Source of the DNA: an uncultured virus (IMG/VR IMGVR_UViG_3300021962_006479)
Lineage: Duplodnaviria > Heunggongvirae > Uroviricota > Caudoviricetes
Direction: 5' to 3' (one strand)
IMG/VR virus record: IMGVR_UViG_3300021962_006479
Length of the DNA stretch: 56,157 nt
The number at the start of each line of letters is the position of its first letter. Position 1 is the first letter of the stretch. Positions 1 through 8,926 of the stretch are shown piece after piece. The notes beneath the pieces were generated by a model that saw only the letters and a list, made by a program, of their open reading frames with translations, did no database searches and was not told the DNA's origin. Both the position numbers and the translations under genes were made by a program.

Positions 1-48
1 GGGTTCACCTCATTGTGATTTGTATTTTTATGGAATTAAAAGGTAAAT

Positions 49-282
49 ATGTCAGAATCTAGAGCAAGATATTCAAGTGAAGAAGCCGCCAGTATGATCG
101 GCAATCGATTCGATTTAGTTCTCATTGCCTCACAAAGGGTAAGAGAATTGAAACGTGGACATCGTTCTACACTTAACACTAAAGCAGGTCCAACTGTAAC
201 TGCATTACAAGAAATTGAAGCAGGATTAGTTGGTCGTGAATACTTAAAAAGAGTTAGAGAAAATCTACGTCCAAACAAATAA
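49..282 (+). CDS. rpoZ: RNA polymerase omega subunit homolog
   Basis: IGNRFDLVLIASQRVREL and PTVTALQEIEAG match the omega family signature (NRFDLVLvAarRarq ... tv.AL.EI..G); 77 aa. Confidence 0.85.
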   Translation: MSESRARYSSEEAASMIGNRFDLVLIASQRVRELKRGHRSTLNTKAGPTVTALQEIEAGLVGREYLKRVRENLRPNK

Positions 283-297
283 CTTATAAGTTTTAAT

Positions 298-329
298 AAA
301 GGTTAGAGTGTAAAAACTCTAACCTTTTT
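298..329 (+). terminator. Intrinsic terminator after rpoZ
   Basis: AAAGGTTAGAGT-gtaaaa-ACTCTAACCTTT perfect 12-bp stem ending in a T run. Confidence 0.7.
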
Positions 330-468
330 CCATATCCACTGTGGTAATATATGTTGTAAGTTCTTAACCTAATATCTTTATGTAAAAAGACAATTGTGCG
401 ATAATTTAATTATCAATTTTGTAAGTATATACGGTAGTACTAGTACTACTAATTAATGGGAAAATATT

Positions 469-813
469 GTGAATCAGTCAATAAGTAAAAGTAGAGAGTT
501 AGTATTAAGATATGATGCTGAGTTTTGTGAGGATACAGGCTGCTGTAATTCTTGCATGATGTATAGTAATTATACTGCTACAGCCACAGACGAATATATC
601 GGAGTAAATAGCACTAGTTTAGTAACTGTTACATTGCCCATAGGTATAACAGGCAGACAGTATATCATTAAAGAAGAACGTGGCAACGGTACTGGTAAAG
701 TAAACGTGCAAGGTACTGGTGCTGAAACTATTGATGGTAGCCCTTTCAAGCAGTTGACTGCTAACGCAAGTTTAACAGTGGTCTTCCGTGCAGGACAATG
801 GCGTATAATTTAA
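469..813 (+). CDS. Hypothetical protein, small beta-rich domain seen in phage fibre/structural proteins
   Basis: YTATATDEYIGV...TVTLP...GRQYIIK...ETIDG pattern; start codon uncertain. Confidence 0.45.
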   Translation: MNQSISKSRELVLRYDAEFCEDTGCCNSCMMYSNYTATATDEYIGVNSTSLVTVTLPIGITGRQYIIKEERGNGTGKVNVQGTGAETIDGSPFKQLTANASLTVVFRAGQWRII

Positions 814-819
814 TTAAAC

Positions 820-1611
820 ATGCTAGTACTTAAATCTAAGTACCGTGTAAGGCAAGACCCAAGCGATTGGCGTGACTTGCCTTACACCTTTAAAAGGGAA
901 CCATTACGTGATGTAGTTGACTTACGTAAATGGGCTAGTCCTATTGAAAGTCAAGGTCATTTGGGAAGTTGTACTGGTCAAGCAGTTGTGGGTGCATATG
1001 AGTTAATGATGAACAAACAAGACCCTAGTAAGTTTGTCGACCTAAGTAGATTGTTTGTGTATTACAATGCACGAATGATTGAAGATGTTGTTAGTGAAGA
1101 TGTAGGTGCATACGTGCGTGATGCCATCAAAGCTGTACAACAATATGGTGTATGCAAAGAAGATTTGTGGCCATACTTAATAGAAGATTTTTCAGTTCCT
1201 CCTAGTGTTAGATGCTATGAAGATGCTAAAAATAGAACCATTAAAAATTACTATCGTATCTCTACCCTAGAAGATACATTAGACGCACTAAATAAAGAAT
1301 ACCCTGTAGTTTTTAGTATGCATGTATACAACTCATTTGATGACCTATATGATTCTGGTAATACTATAAAAATGCCAGAAAAAAATGAAGCTCTATTAGG
1401 AGCACATGCTATGACGTTTGTCGGTTATGACCTGAACAAAAAATTATTTTTAGTTAGAAATAGTTTTGGAAAATACTGGGGACTTAACGGATACTGCTAC
1501 ATGCCCTTTGAATACATGCGAAATGAAGTCATGGACTGTTGGATTTTTGATATAGATATAGATAACAGTTTGCCCAAAAACAGTAGACAACAAAGACAAT
1601 TTATACTATAA
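820..1611 (+). CDS. Papain-like cysteine protease (peptidase C1A)
   Basis: VDLR, SQGHLGSCTGQA (oxyanion Q, catalytic C), GAHAMTFVGYD (H), VRNSFGKYWGLNGY (N). Confidence 0.9.
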   Translation: MLVLKSKYRVRQDPSDWRDLPYTFKREPLRDVVDLRKWASPIESQGHLGSCTGQAVVGAYELMMNKQDPSKFVDLSRLFVYYNARMIEDVVSEDVGAYVRDAIKAVQQYGVCKEDLWPYLIEDFSVPPSVRCYEDAKNRTIKNYYRISTLEDTLDALNKEYPVVFSMHVYNSFDDLYDSGNTIKMPEKNEALLGAHAMTFVGYDLNKKLFLVRNSFGKYWGLNGYCYMPFEYMRNEVMDCWIFDIDIDNSLPKNSRQQRQFIL

Positions 1612-1612
1612 T
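1584..1612 (+). promoter_or_regulatory. sigma70-type promoter upstream of a non-coding region
   Basis: TAGACA-17 nt-TATAAT. Confidence 0.65.
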
Positions 1613-1618
1613 AAGAAC

Positions 1619-1880
1619 ACTCGGGTTACTCTTCTCCGTTAACGAAGGCGTAATTGCGGTAACGATAACTGCACAGTGCTTAGGATCTACTGCAAGGCTT
1701 CAATTTAGGGGCAATTTGAGAAATCACTAAGGCAGAGCATAACTGTCTAAATGTAGATATGTAGGACGGAACCTTAAACCCATGTCAGGGCTTGGTAGTG
1801 CTAGTAGCTGACACACTAAATTTATAAGCTAAATAGTCTTGCACCCCTAGCCAAACAACCGCATACAGTCATAATGACTC
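1619..1880 (+). ncRNA. Candidate structured non-coding RNA, family unknown
   Basis: No ORF in the track; higher GC than flanks; promoter directly upstream; several nested and crossing complementary segments (see findings). Confidence 0.5.
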
Positions 1881-1940
1881 GTTCCTTTATCTTAATACTA
1901 TAATATACATTTAGCGCATCTAGGGTGTGTTTTACTGCGC

Positions 1941-1969
1941 TTGACAATAATTCCCAAAAGATGTATAAT
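1941..1969 (+). promoter_or_regulatory. sigma70-type early promoter
   Basis: TTGACA-17 nt-TATAAT perfect consensus. Confidence 0.85.
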
Positions 1970-1986
1970 ACACACAGAGGTAAAAT

Positions 1987-2298
1987 ATGATGAACAAACT
2001 AATTAGAAATGGGAAAGTAGCTGTATTATATAGTCCTGGCTTTGGTGCAGGATGGTTCACTTGGAACCCTACTATGCCTGAACTTATTTTTGAACCTGCT
2101 ATCGCACAATTTGTATTGGACGAAAAATTTGACGAACTACAAACATATGTGGCATTGAAGTACCCTGCAATATATGATGGTGGTATGATGGACTTAGAAG
2201 TTGCTTGGGTACCTGAAGGCACTGAGTTTAAAATCAATGAGTATGACGGAGCCGAATCTGTTGAAACAAAAGATGAAATAGGTTGGCTAACAGCTTGA
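1987..2298 (+). CDS. Phage hypothetical protein
   Basis: RBS GAGG; VAVLYSPGFGAGWFTWN ... FKINEYDGAE pattern typical of large-phage small proteins. Confidence 0.7.
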   Translation: MMNKLIRNGKVAVLYSPGFGAGWFTWNPTMPELIFEPAIAQFVLDEKFDELQTYVALKYPAIYDGGMMDLEVAWVPEGTEFKINEYDGAESVETKDEIGWLTA

Positions 2299-2307
2299 AG
2301 GATTATT

Positions 2308-2505
2308 ATGTGGTTAGTAAAAGATAGTAATGGTCATGTCAGGGGTGAAAATAAAGACCTGATTATTGCTATGGAAATGGCAAAACTTGTTAATGAGTTT
2401 GTCTCTATAACAGATGGAACAACAGAGATTGTGGGTAGATTCGGGGTTGATGAAGTAACAGACCCTAACTACAATGGTTGGATATCAAGAAAAAACGGAG
2501 TATAA
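2308..2505 (+). CDS. Hypothetical protein
   Basis: RBS AAGGA, tight operon packing. Confidence 0.6.
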   Translation: MWLVKDSNGHVRGENKDLIIAMEMAKLVNEFVSITDGTTEIVGRFGVDEVTDPNYNGWISRKNGV

Positions 2506-2506
2506 T

Positions 2507-3082
2507 ATGCCAGCAGTATTTTTAGTTTCGGACACACACTTCGGACATACCGGAGTATGTAGATTCACTCGTAATGATGGAGTGACTAAACTTCGCCCAT
2601 GGGATAATGCCGATGAGATGGATGAAGAAATGGTTAAGCGTTGGAACGAAACAGTACGACCAAACGATAAAGTATATCACTTAGGTGATGTTGTTATCAA
2701 CCGTAAAGCATTAAAGATTATGAGTCGGTTAAACGGTGACAAAGTATTGATTCGTGGCAACCATGATATCTTCCGTGATAATGAGTATAGAGAACACTTC
2801 CGTGAACTACGTGCCTATCACGTGATGAATGGTATGATATTAAGTCATATACCTATTCATACTGAATCATTGGGTAGATTTGGTGTTAACATTCATGGTC
2901 ACCTACATGCTAATAGAGTAATGACTGAAGTATGGGGTGATCATGTAATTGATCCTCGCTATCATTGTGTATGTGTTGAGCATACTGATTATAAACCTAT
3001 ATTGTTTGAAGATGTTATTAAACGAATCAAAGATGAAGGTGGAGAAGTAGGATTCAAAAACGGGAACGGACCCGCAATGTAA
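2507..3082 (+). CDS. Calcineurin-like metallophosphoesterase
   Basis: SDTHFGH, HLGDV, RGNHD, LSH, HGHLH motifs; start moved to ATG 2507 after GGAG. Confidence 0.9.
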   Translation: MPAVFLVSDTHFGHTGVCRFTRNDGVTKLRPWDNADEMDEEMVKRWNETVRPNDKVYHLGDVVINRKALKIMSRLNGDKVLIRGNHDIFRDNEYREHFRELRAYHVMNGMILSHIPIHTESLGRFGVNIHGHLHANRVMTEVWGDHVIDPRYHCVCVEHTDYKPILFEDVIKRIKDEGGEVGFKNGNGPAM

Positions 3083-3106
3083 AAATAGACCCTTCGGGGT
3101 CTATTT
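3083..3106. terminator. Terminator hairpin between convergent genes
   Basis: AAATAGACCC-TTCG-GGGTCTATTT (UUCG tetraloop). Confidence 0.8.
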
Positions 3107-3109
3107 CTA

Positions 3110-4330
3110 TTACAATCTAACTATTGTGTCATTGCCCTCGGACTTCATATAAGCACGACCTCGAGGAATTCTATTCTTTTGTATATAACTTTGCAAGTAT
3201 TGTTGTGCTTGATCTTTAGTTTTATTTTGTACAATACCCAAGTTTCTACCTGCAACATACATATACCAGTTATCTATTAACGGACCAGCTGGTTGAGGTG
3301 GACCTACAGGCTCTGGTGGTGGTTGATTTACAAATACATTATCAGGTGTTGTGTTACTTGGCATGTCAATAACTTTATCGCTGGGTTGAGATTTATAGCT
3401 TATGGGGAAAGTTCTTACAATATCTTTAGCCGCTTCTCTAACATCATATCCATTGGGAGGATCAATTTCTTTACTTCCTGTTCTTATTTCGTCTGCTTTT
3501 AATAGCATACCCTTAACAATTTCTTTCATTAAGCCAGGGAATAATTTCGCAAAATCTTGATCACCTGCACCTCTAGCATAACGCTGGTCTTGTGTGCTGT
3601 TTACTAGCTGATTGGTAGGGGCATGCATTTGCCACTTACCATCCTTGTCATCCATATTCTTTTTGTCAACAATACTAATGATAGGACCACGTGGTGCATA
3701 ATTGTTAAACCAATTGTATCCGCCAGAGCCACCGGTACAGAACTGACTCATATGTCCTGTTTGATTATTAAATGTATAACAAGCACCATAGTTTAAAGGT
3801 ATAATAACATAAAATCTATTGTTGTCAATCAATACAATTTCTTTTCTAGTTCGTTTGTGTTTTTCTAGTTCTTCGGCATCTTTGATTCGTTGTAATGTAT
3901 TACGATATTCTCTTTTCTGCATTGCCTGCTGTAATGAACGTAATGTAGAGAATTTGTTAAAATCTTGATCCTTAGGTTGTAATAATCCTCTAGTGCTTAA
4001 TGCCTTCCAAGCACCTAGTGCATCACCGCCCTCACCGTTTAAATCCTCATAGTCTAAACTATGATTCATATATAGTCTTAATAACCAATTATCAAACTTA
4101 CCGTCTTTACTTAGATCACCGTACTTGTTTGAAGCTAGTGTGTTATTAACTAACCTAGTCCATGCACCAACATAATCACCAACAGTTGGTCTAGGACCCA
4201 TATCTGCTACATCATTCCTAGGGAATGATTTATCGTGCCTGATAGCAATAGCTAACATTTTTGCTACTTTGGGATCCTTTAATATAGTAGTCCCATCAAT
4301 AGATTCTTTTAGAAAGTCTAATGCTCTCAT
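3110..4330 (-). CDS. Hypothetical protein with PcfJ-like segment; putative capsid-targeting N-terminus
   Basis: 406 aa ORF; FCT...FNNY...GPI...DK...KWQMH motif; N-terminus MRALDFLKE. Confidence 0.55.
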   Translation of the reverse strand: MRALDFLKESIDGTTILKDPKVAKMLAIAIRHDKSFPRNDVADMGPRPTVGDYVGAWTRLVNNTLASNKYGDLSKDGKFDNWLLRLYMNHSLDYEDLNGEGGDALGAWKALSTRGLLQPKDQDFNKFSTLRSLQQAMQKREYRNTLQRIKDAEELEKHKRTRKEIVLIDNNRFYVIIPLNYGACYTFNNQTGHMSQFCTGGSGGYNWFNNYAPRGPIISIVDKKNMDDKDGKWQMHAPTNQLVNSTQDQRYARGAGDQDFAKLFPGLMKEIVKGMLLKADEIRTGSKEIDPPNGYDVREAAKDIVRTFPISYKSQPSDKVIDMPSNTTPDNVFVNQPPPEPVGPPQPAGPLIDNWYMYVAGRNLGIVQNKTKDQAQQYLQSYIQKNRIPRGRAYMKSEGNDTIVRL

Positions 4331-5229
4331 TATATTAAACTCCTCTTTAGATAGGCAAGTACGGCACTTAGTTTTTGTCTATCACCAGATTGAATGTCTT
4401 TTAATACTTGTTTAACACCTTCGGAACTTTCAGATGAGTATGCATAATTGCGATATCCATATGAGCTACTAATGTTACCTGTTTTATCGGGGTAGTAGTA
4501 TCTTGCTGTCATCATTAAACTATTACCTACAGCATCTTTAAGAAAATCTGATATTTGCCCGTCTTGTAATTCATCAATACTTCTATCTATTAGATTTAAA
4601 TGCTCAATCTTCTTTTCTGCACGATGATGTGCATCATTCTTTACCATAGAACTAATGACACCGTTAACATCAGCCCTAGATGCAACTAATATTTTGTTAA
4701 ACAACGGCTTGAATCTTTGCACTAGCTTGTTACTGACCACATGCATATCGCTTATCTCTGTGGGTTTATTTGCTTTTCGTGTATTACGCAAAGTTGTTGA
4801 ATATTCTGATCGGGCTATATAATATTTTTTAGCATCACCGATAAAAGACTTGACATAATTGTTAGCCTCTACCGCTGAATCTATTGTAGTAGAATATACT
4901 ATGTTACCCTCTTCAGGATCAGGTGTACCATTACTAGCAAATATCATAAATGTCCCAGTATTACGATAAGATCCTTTTGCAAATTTTGCCGCTACAAACC
5001 CTTTAGTACCTGAAATTAAAAACCATGAATCAGCATAGTCTGGACTTCTAAGGTCTGCCCACTTTGGTCTAGCTAATGGTCTGATATCAACATCATGCCC
5101 AAAAGCTTGACTTTGATGTAGATACTTTAGTACTTCCTGTGCCCCGGGCCCTTTAAACTCAGCCATAGCAGTACTAACCTCTGTTACTATGCTCTCACAT
5201 AGCTTTGAAAAATGCTCATAATTGTTCAT
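4330..5229 (-). CDS. Hypothetical late protein
   Basis: 299 aa ORF; ATAAATA late-like motif at 5235-5241 (minus strand) just upstream. Confidence 0.6.
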   Translation of the reverse strand: MNNYEHFSKLCESIVTEVSTAMAEFKGPGAQEVLKYLHQSQAFGHDVDIRPLARPKWADLRSPDYADSWFLISGTKGFVAAKFAKGSYRNTGTFMIFASNGTPDPEEGNIVYSTTIDSAVEANNYVKSFIGDAKKYYIARSEYSTTLRNTRKANKPTEISDMHVVSNKLVQRFKPLFNKILVASRADVNGVISSMVKNDAHHRAEKKIEHLNLIDRSIDELQDGQISDFLKDAVGNSLMMTARYYYPDKTGNISSSYGYRNYAYSSESSEGVKQVLKDIQSGDRQKLSAVLAYLKRSLI

Positions 5230-5294
5230 ATATGTATTTATTCTTAACCTTATCTATTGACAATTCGCACTTAATAAGATACACTAAATATATT

Positions 5295-6059
5295 ATGAAC
5301 AAAATCATTCTAGCATTATTCTTACTATTGCCCGTATTTGCGTTTTCCGCAACTACAAAGGTGATGTATGACGTAACAAACAACCGTGTTGTGGAAGGGT
5401 CATTAGACCATGATGAACTGAGTATTGCTAGTATTAGCAAGTTAATGACGGTTTATACTGTTCTTAAAGAGAATCAAGACCTACATGAAAAGCTTACAGT
5501 AACTGGTAAAACTACACCCAATACTAAATTAGTCAAGGGAATAGCGTTATCCAGACTAGATTTGATTAATCTAGCACTTGTGGGAAGTGATAACTTAGCG
5601 GCACAAACACTAGCAGAAAACTTTGTGTATGGATATAGCTATTTTATAAATAGAATGAATCAGCATACAGTAGAGTTAAACATGGTCAATACTAGATTTG
5701 TTGAACCTACAGGGTTAAGTCCTATGAACTATAGTTCTATCAATGATATTGTATTGTTGACCAAAGCAGTATATGAGTTCGATATAGTCAAAGATGCCGC
5801 AAAAGTTAAATCAGTTACAGCTTACACTACAAAGGGAAAGAAACAACTAAAGATTACTAGCAATTCTACTAGCACATTCTCTGGACGTGAGGGTATTGTC
5901 ACCATCAAAACTGGCTTTACTAAGGCAGCGGGATTCTGCATCACTTTGTTAGTCACATCAAACAACCAACTTTATAACATAACTGTGCTTGGTGCTAAAA
6001 CTAAAAAAGAACGACAAATTATCGTTGAAAAATTCTTAAACACAATTTATAGTGCATAA
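5295..6059 (+). CDS. Serine-type D-Ala-D-Ala carboxy/endopeptidase (peptidase S11, PBP5/PBP7-like)
   Basis: Signal peptide MNKIILALFLLLPVFAFS; SxxK (ASISK), SDN and KTG motifs; start moved to ATG 5295. Confidence 0.88.
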   Translation: MNKIILALFLLLPVFAFSATTKVMYDVTNNRVVEGSLDHDELSIASISKLMTVYTVLKENQDLHEKLTVTGKTTPNTKLVKGIALSRLDLINLALVGSDNLAAQTLAENFVYGYSYFINRMNQHTVELNMVNTRFVEPTGLSPMNYSSINDIVLLTKAVYEFDIVKDAAKVKSVTAYTTKGKKQLKITSNSTSTFSGREGIVTIKTGFTKAAGFCITLLVTSNNQLYNITVLGAKTKKERQIIVEKFLNTIYSA

Positions 6060-6097
6060 TATATGTATTTTATGCGCTATGACTAAATACATTTACT

Positions 6098-6565
6098 ATG
6101 CTCCACTTCATCAAAGACCTCACTAATAAACTACTTGATTTCATTAAGGACGATCCCGTTCGGCCTGAAATACCAACTGACTTTAGAGTCAGCAACGGCA
6201 GAATGGTTGCCGCACTAACCGACGATAATGCAGACAATCCAGAAGCGATGGTTTGTGTTAGTTTCCATGATTTTGTACCACAAGACACTACAGATTTGCA
6301 GACTACTGCAACAGTCCCGACCACTGCAGTATTCTACACAATATGGAGTTATAAAGCAGGTAAAGGTCAAGAGTTATTAATTGAAGCAGTAAAAGGCATT
6401 CAACGTGAATATCCTAGTGTTACTAGATTTGTTACATTAAGTCCTAAAACTGAAATGGCTAGAAGATTTCACTTACGTAATGGGGCTATTGTTTTCCGTG
6501 AGAATCTAGATACAGTTAACTATGAATATTCAAACCGATTTAAAGTAACAGAAGATACTAACTAA
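6098..6565 (+). CDS. GNAT-fold protein resembling the malonyl-CoA decarboxylase catalytic domain
   Basis: TTAVFYTIWSY...G.GQELLI...FVTLSP resembles MCD TAIFYSI...G..LI...F.TLSP. Confidence 0.5.
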   Translation: MLHFIKDLTNKLLDFIKDDPVRPEIPTDFRVSNGRMVAALTDDNADNPEAMVCVSFHDFVPQDTTDLQTTATVPTTAVFYTIWSYKAGKGQELLIEAVKGIQREYPSVTRFVTLSPKTEMARRFHLRNGAIVFRENLDTVNYEYSNRFKVTEDTN

Positions 6566-6568
6566 TCT

Positions 6569-7006
6569 GTGTATATTAGATTCTTTTACAAAAACAATCA
6601 GCAAAGCTATAAACACGAAGTTATTATAACCTCGTTTGCTACTGCAATATCAAAGATAATAGAATTACCTGAATCATTAGAAGTTTGTTTATATCCATTA
6701 GAACATAATGTATATGGTGGAATAGATAAGTTTAAAGATAATAGATTGGGTATTAACTATAATATTAGTTATGAATCATTACCTAAAGTATTAACCCATG
6801 AGTTAATACATATTAATCAGAAACATACTGGTAAATTGAGAATAGCACAAAATGGTATGTGTTATTGGCATGGTATTCCCTATACTAAGAAACTTCCGGA
6901 AGAAATGAGTTATGAGGAATATCAGAATCTACCATGGGAATTAGATGTTGTAAATAGACAACAAAAAATCTTCAAAGAAGCATTGGAATTAGTTGGCCAC
7001 CACTAA
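6569..7006 (+). CDS. Zincin-like metallopeptidase domain protein
   Basis: HELIH (HExxH) plus downstream YQNLPWE. Confidence 0.65.
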   Translation: MYIRFFYKNNQQSYKHEVIITSFATAISKIIELPESLEVCLYPLEHNVYGGIDKFKDNRLGINYNISYESLPKVLTHELIHINQKHTGKLRIAQNGMCYWHGIPYTKKLPEEMSYEEYQNLPWELDVVNRQQKIFKEALELVGHH

Positions 7007-7007
7007 C

Positions 7008-7036
7008 TTGACAATAATTCGTAATGGTGCTACAAT
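7008..7036 (+). promoter_or_regulatory. sigma70-type early promoter (probably leaderless transcript)
   Basis: TTGACA-17-TACAAT; ATG only 6 nt downstream. Confidence 0.75.
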
Positions 7037-7042
7037 ACATAC

Positions 7043-7381
7043 ATGAACTCAAAAAGCACCCGCAAACGTAGGACCGATCGTAACCAAGTGATTTACTACA
7101 TCCAAGATGTTGTAACATTTGAGTATTATATCGGCTTAACTGCATTGTCATATAAAGGCAATGTGTTTTTGACACTACGCCGTCGTATGCAAAAACATAT
7201 GCAACGTGCCTTGACTGAGAACAAAAACTGGGGTTTGTCACGTGCCCTATGTGAACGTGGTGCCGAGAGTTTTATATTTGGAGTCATCGAGGTTGTGCGT
7301 GGTAAGAAGCCAGCACATAGCCGTGAGACAGAATTAATTAACACAATGCAACCTGCATTAAACACTTTTGGAGTAAAATAA
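7043..7381 (+). CDS. GIY-YIG family nuclease
   Basis: VIYYI...YYIGLT, R..KH and RETELI motifs. Confidence 0.65.
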   Translation: MNSKSTRKRRTDRNQVIYYIQDVVTFEYYIGLTALSYKGNVFLTLRRRMQKHMQRALTENKNWGLSRALCERGAESFIFGVIEVVRGKKPAHSRETELINTMQPALNTFGVK

Positions 7382-7599
7382 TGAACATAGCACAATATTC
7401 TTTTGAATTACAAGATTATAAAAACATAACCTTGTCAGTATCTAACCGCAATATTATTAGAGATGCATTAGAAATGTACCGCAATGAAATGACTAAGAAA
7501 TTATATTCAGACGTGGAGTCAAATTTTACCACTGAATATTATGATATTGAACTGTTAGAGATTGATGAAGTTATAGAAATTTTAGGCATTGAAGAATGA
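7381..7599 (+). CDS. Hypothetical protein
   Basis: ORF with stop/start overlap and GGAG RBS. Confidence 0.55.
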   Translation: MNIAQYSFELQDYKNITLSVSNRNIIRDALEMYRNEMTKKLYSDVESNFTTEYYDIELLEIDEVIEILGIEE

Positions 7600-7823
7600 A
7601 ATTAAACGATACCCTGCAATGGATAGGTGCAGTATTCATTATTGCTGGGCATGTATGTAATTCAATTGGACCTAGTGTTTATCCCTACAACATTGTAGCA
7701 TTTACATTAGGTACAATTATGTTTATGATATGGACTATACGTGTAAAGAATCGTCCACAATTAGTAGTAAATATTGTGGCTATTGTCACTTGTTTATTAG
7801 GTTTATTTAACGCATGGAGATAA
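7596..7823 (+). CDS. Small membrane protein (three hydrophobic segments)
   Basis: Hydrophobic helices; ATGA overlap. Confidence 0.6.
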   Translation: MKLNDTLQWIGAVFIIAGHVCNSIGPSVYPYNIVAFTLGTIMFMIWTIRVKNRPQLVVNIVAIVTCLLGLFNAWR

Positions 7824-7830
7824 TTAGATT

Positions 7831-8076
7831 ATGACAGAAGAAAAGAAACCTCTTAAGATTGAATTTGCACCCGGGTGCTTTGATAACTTTGATGGAACAC
7901 AGGAAGAACTAGACGACCTTGTTTCTGAACTTACTAGACTAGTTGAGTCCGGTGAACTCATGGATGAAGCATTAGAAATTGATTTGGATGAGTTGGGAGA
8001 TGAGGATTTGGAAACTTTAGCCCAAGCTTTGGAAGAAGATGAAAATCCTAATATGCCCAAAAGATTGTTAAACTAG
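7831..8076 (+). CDS. Acidic hypothetical protein
   Basis: FAPGCFDNFDGTQEELD; very D/E rich. Confidence 0.6.
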   Translation: MTEEKKPLKIEFAPGCFDNFDGTQEELDDLVSELTRLVESGELMDEALEIDLDELGDEDLETLAQALEEDENPNMPKRLLN

Positions 8077-8105
8077 TTGACAATATATTAGTTTATGTGT
8101 ATAAT
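8077..8105 (+). promoter_or_regulatory. sigma70-type early promoter
   Basis: TTGACA-17-TATAAT. Confidence 0.8.
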
Positions 8106-8205
8106 AATTTAAATGAAAGAAGAAAATGATAATTAAAAGTGTGTATGTTCCTGAAAGTATAATTTGTACGGTGGCACTACTTGTTATCTTAGCTTTACAT
8201 AAATT

Positions 8206-8448
8206 GTGATTAATATAGATTCCAATAACCGTGAGAAAATTATCCATGATATGTGTCTAACATATAGACATGATTATGGATTAGACAGGGATCCGAATGA
8301 CCCACCTTGGTGTGCTGGAATGACGCCCCAAGAACGCACAGGGTTATATAGAACTATGGCTCAAATTTATGACAACAACATTGCTCCTTTAGTAGAGGTT
8401 GCAAAAAAATCAAGGAAGAAAAATGACAGAACCAGTAAAAGAAGATAA
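8206..8448 (+). CDS. Hypothetical protein
   Basis: ORF; MCLTYRHDYGL motif; start uncertain. Confidence 0.55.
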   Translation: MINIDSNNREKIIHDMCLTYRHDYGLDRDPNDPPWCAGMTPQERTGLYRTMAQIYDNNIAPLVEVAKKSRKKNDRTSKRR

Positions 8449-8599
8449 TAGAGTCGAAATCGAATTGAATTTAGATGAACATGACATCTATCAGTTAGCT
8501 ATGGAAGCACACAAGCGTGACATTACGCTAAATAAAATGGTAGAACTTGTATTACAAGAAGCAATTGACTTACACAAAGTCAACGGAACACTTGAGTAA
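8423..8599 (+). CDS. Small ribbon-helix-helix-like protein
   Basis: LAMEAHKRDITLNKMVELVL resembles HicB/RHH C-terminal helices. Confidence 0.45.
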   Translation: MTEPVKEDNRVEIELNLDEHDIYQLAMEAHKRDITLNKMVELVLQEAIDLHKVNGTLE

Positions 8600-8626
8600 T
8601 ACGTTATACATATATAGGAGAATACT

Positions 8627-8926
8627 ATGAAAAAAATTATAGTAGCAATATCACTATTAGTATTAGCAGGTTCAGCAGTAGCACAACATCATGGATTCCG
8701 TCATCACGGTCACCATGGTGGCTATCATCGTGGACCGGGCATGGGTTGGTGGGTAGCACCTATAGTAATTGGTGCCATAAGTTATGAATTAGGACGTCAA
8801 CAACCAATAGTTGTCCAACAACCTGTTGTCATTCAACAATCACCTCAGCCATTAATTTGTACTGAGTGGAAAGAGATTCAAACAGCAGATGGTCGTTTAT
8901 ACAGAGAACGAACCTGTAGTCAATGA
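8627..8926 (+). CDS. Secreted His/Gly-rich small protein
   Basis: AGGAG RBS; signal peptide MKKIIVAISLLVLAGSAVA; C-terminal Cys pair. Confidence 0.65.
   Translation: MKKIIVAISLLVLAGSAVAQHHGFRHHGHHGGYHRGPGMGWWVAPIVIGAISYELGRQQPIVVQQPVVIQQSPQPLICTEWKEIQTADGRLYRERTCSQ

Noticed and set aside
1..20. GGGTTCACC at the window start as a tRNA 3' end
   Set aside because: Too little sequence; no T-arm or CCA visible
1619..1880. tmRNA, RNase P RNA or group I intron identity for the structured region
   Set aside because: No tRNA-like GGGG...CCA ends, no GAGGAAAGUCC core, no interrupted host gene; only a loose resemblance of AAATAGTC to the group I S element
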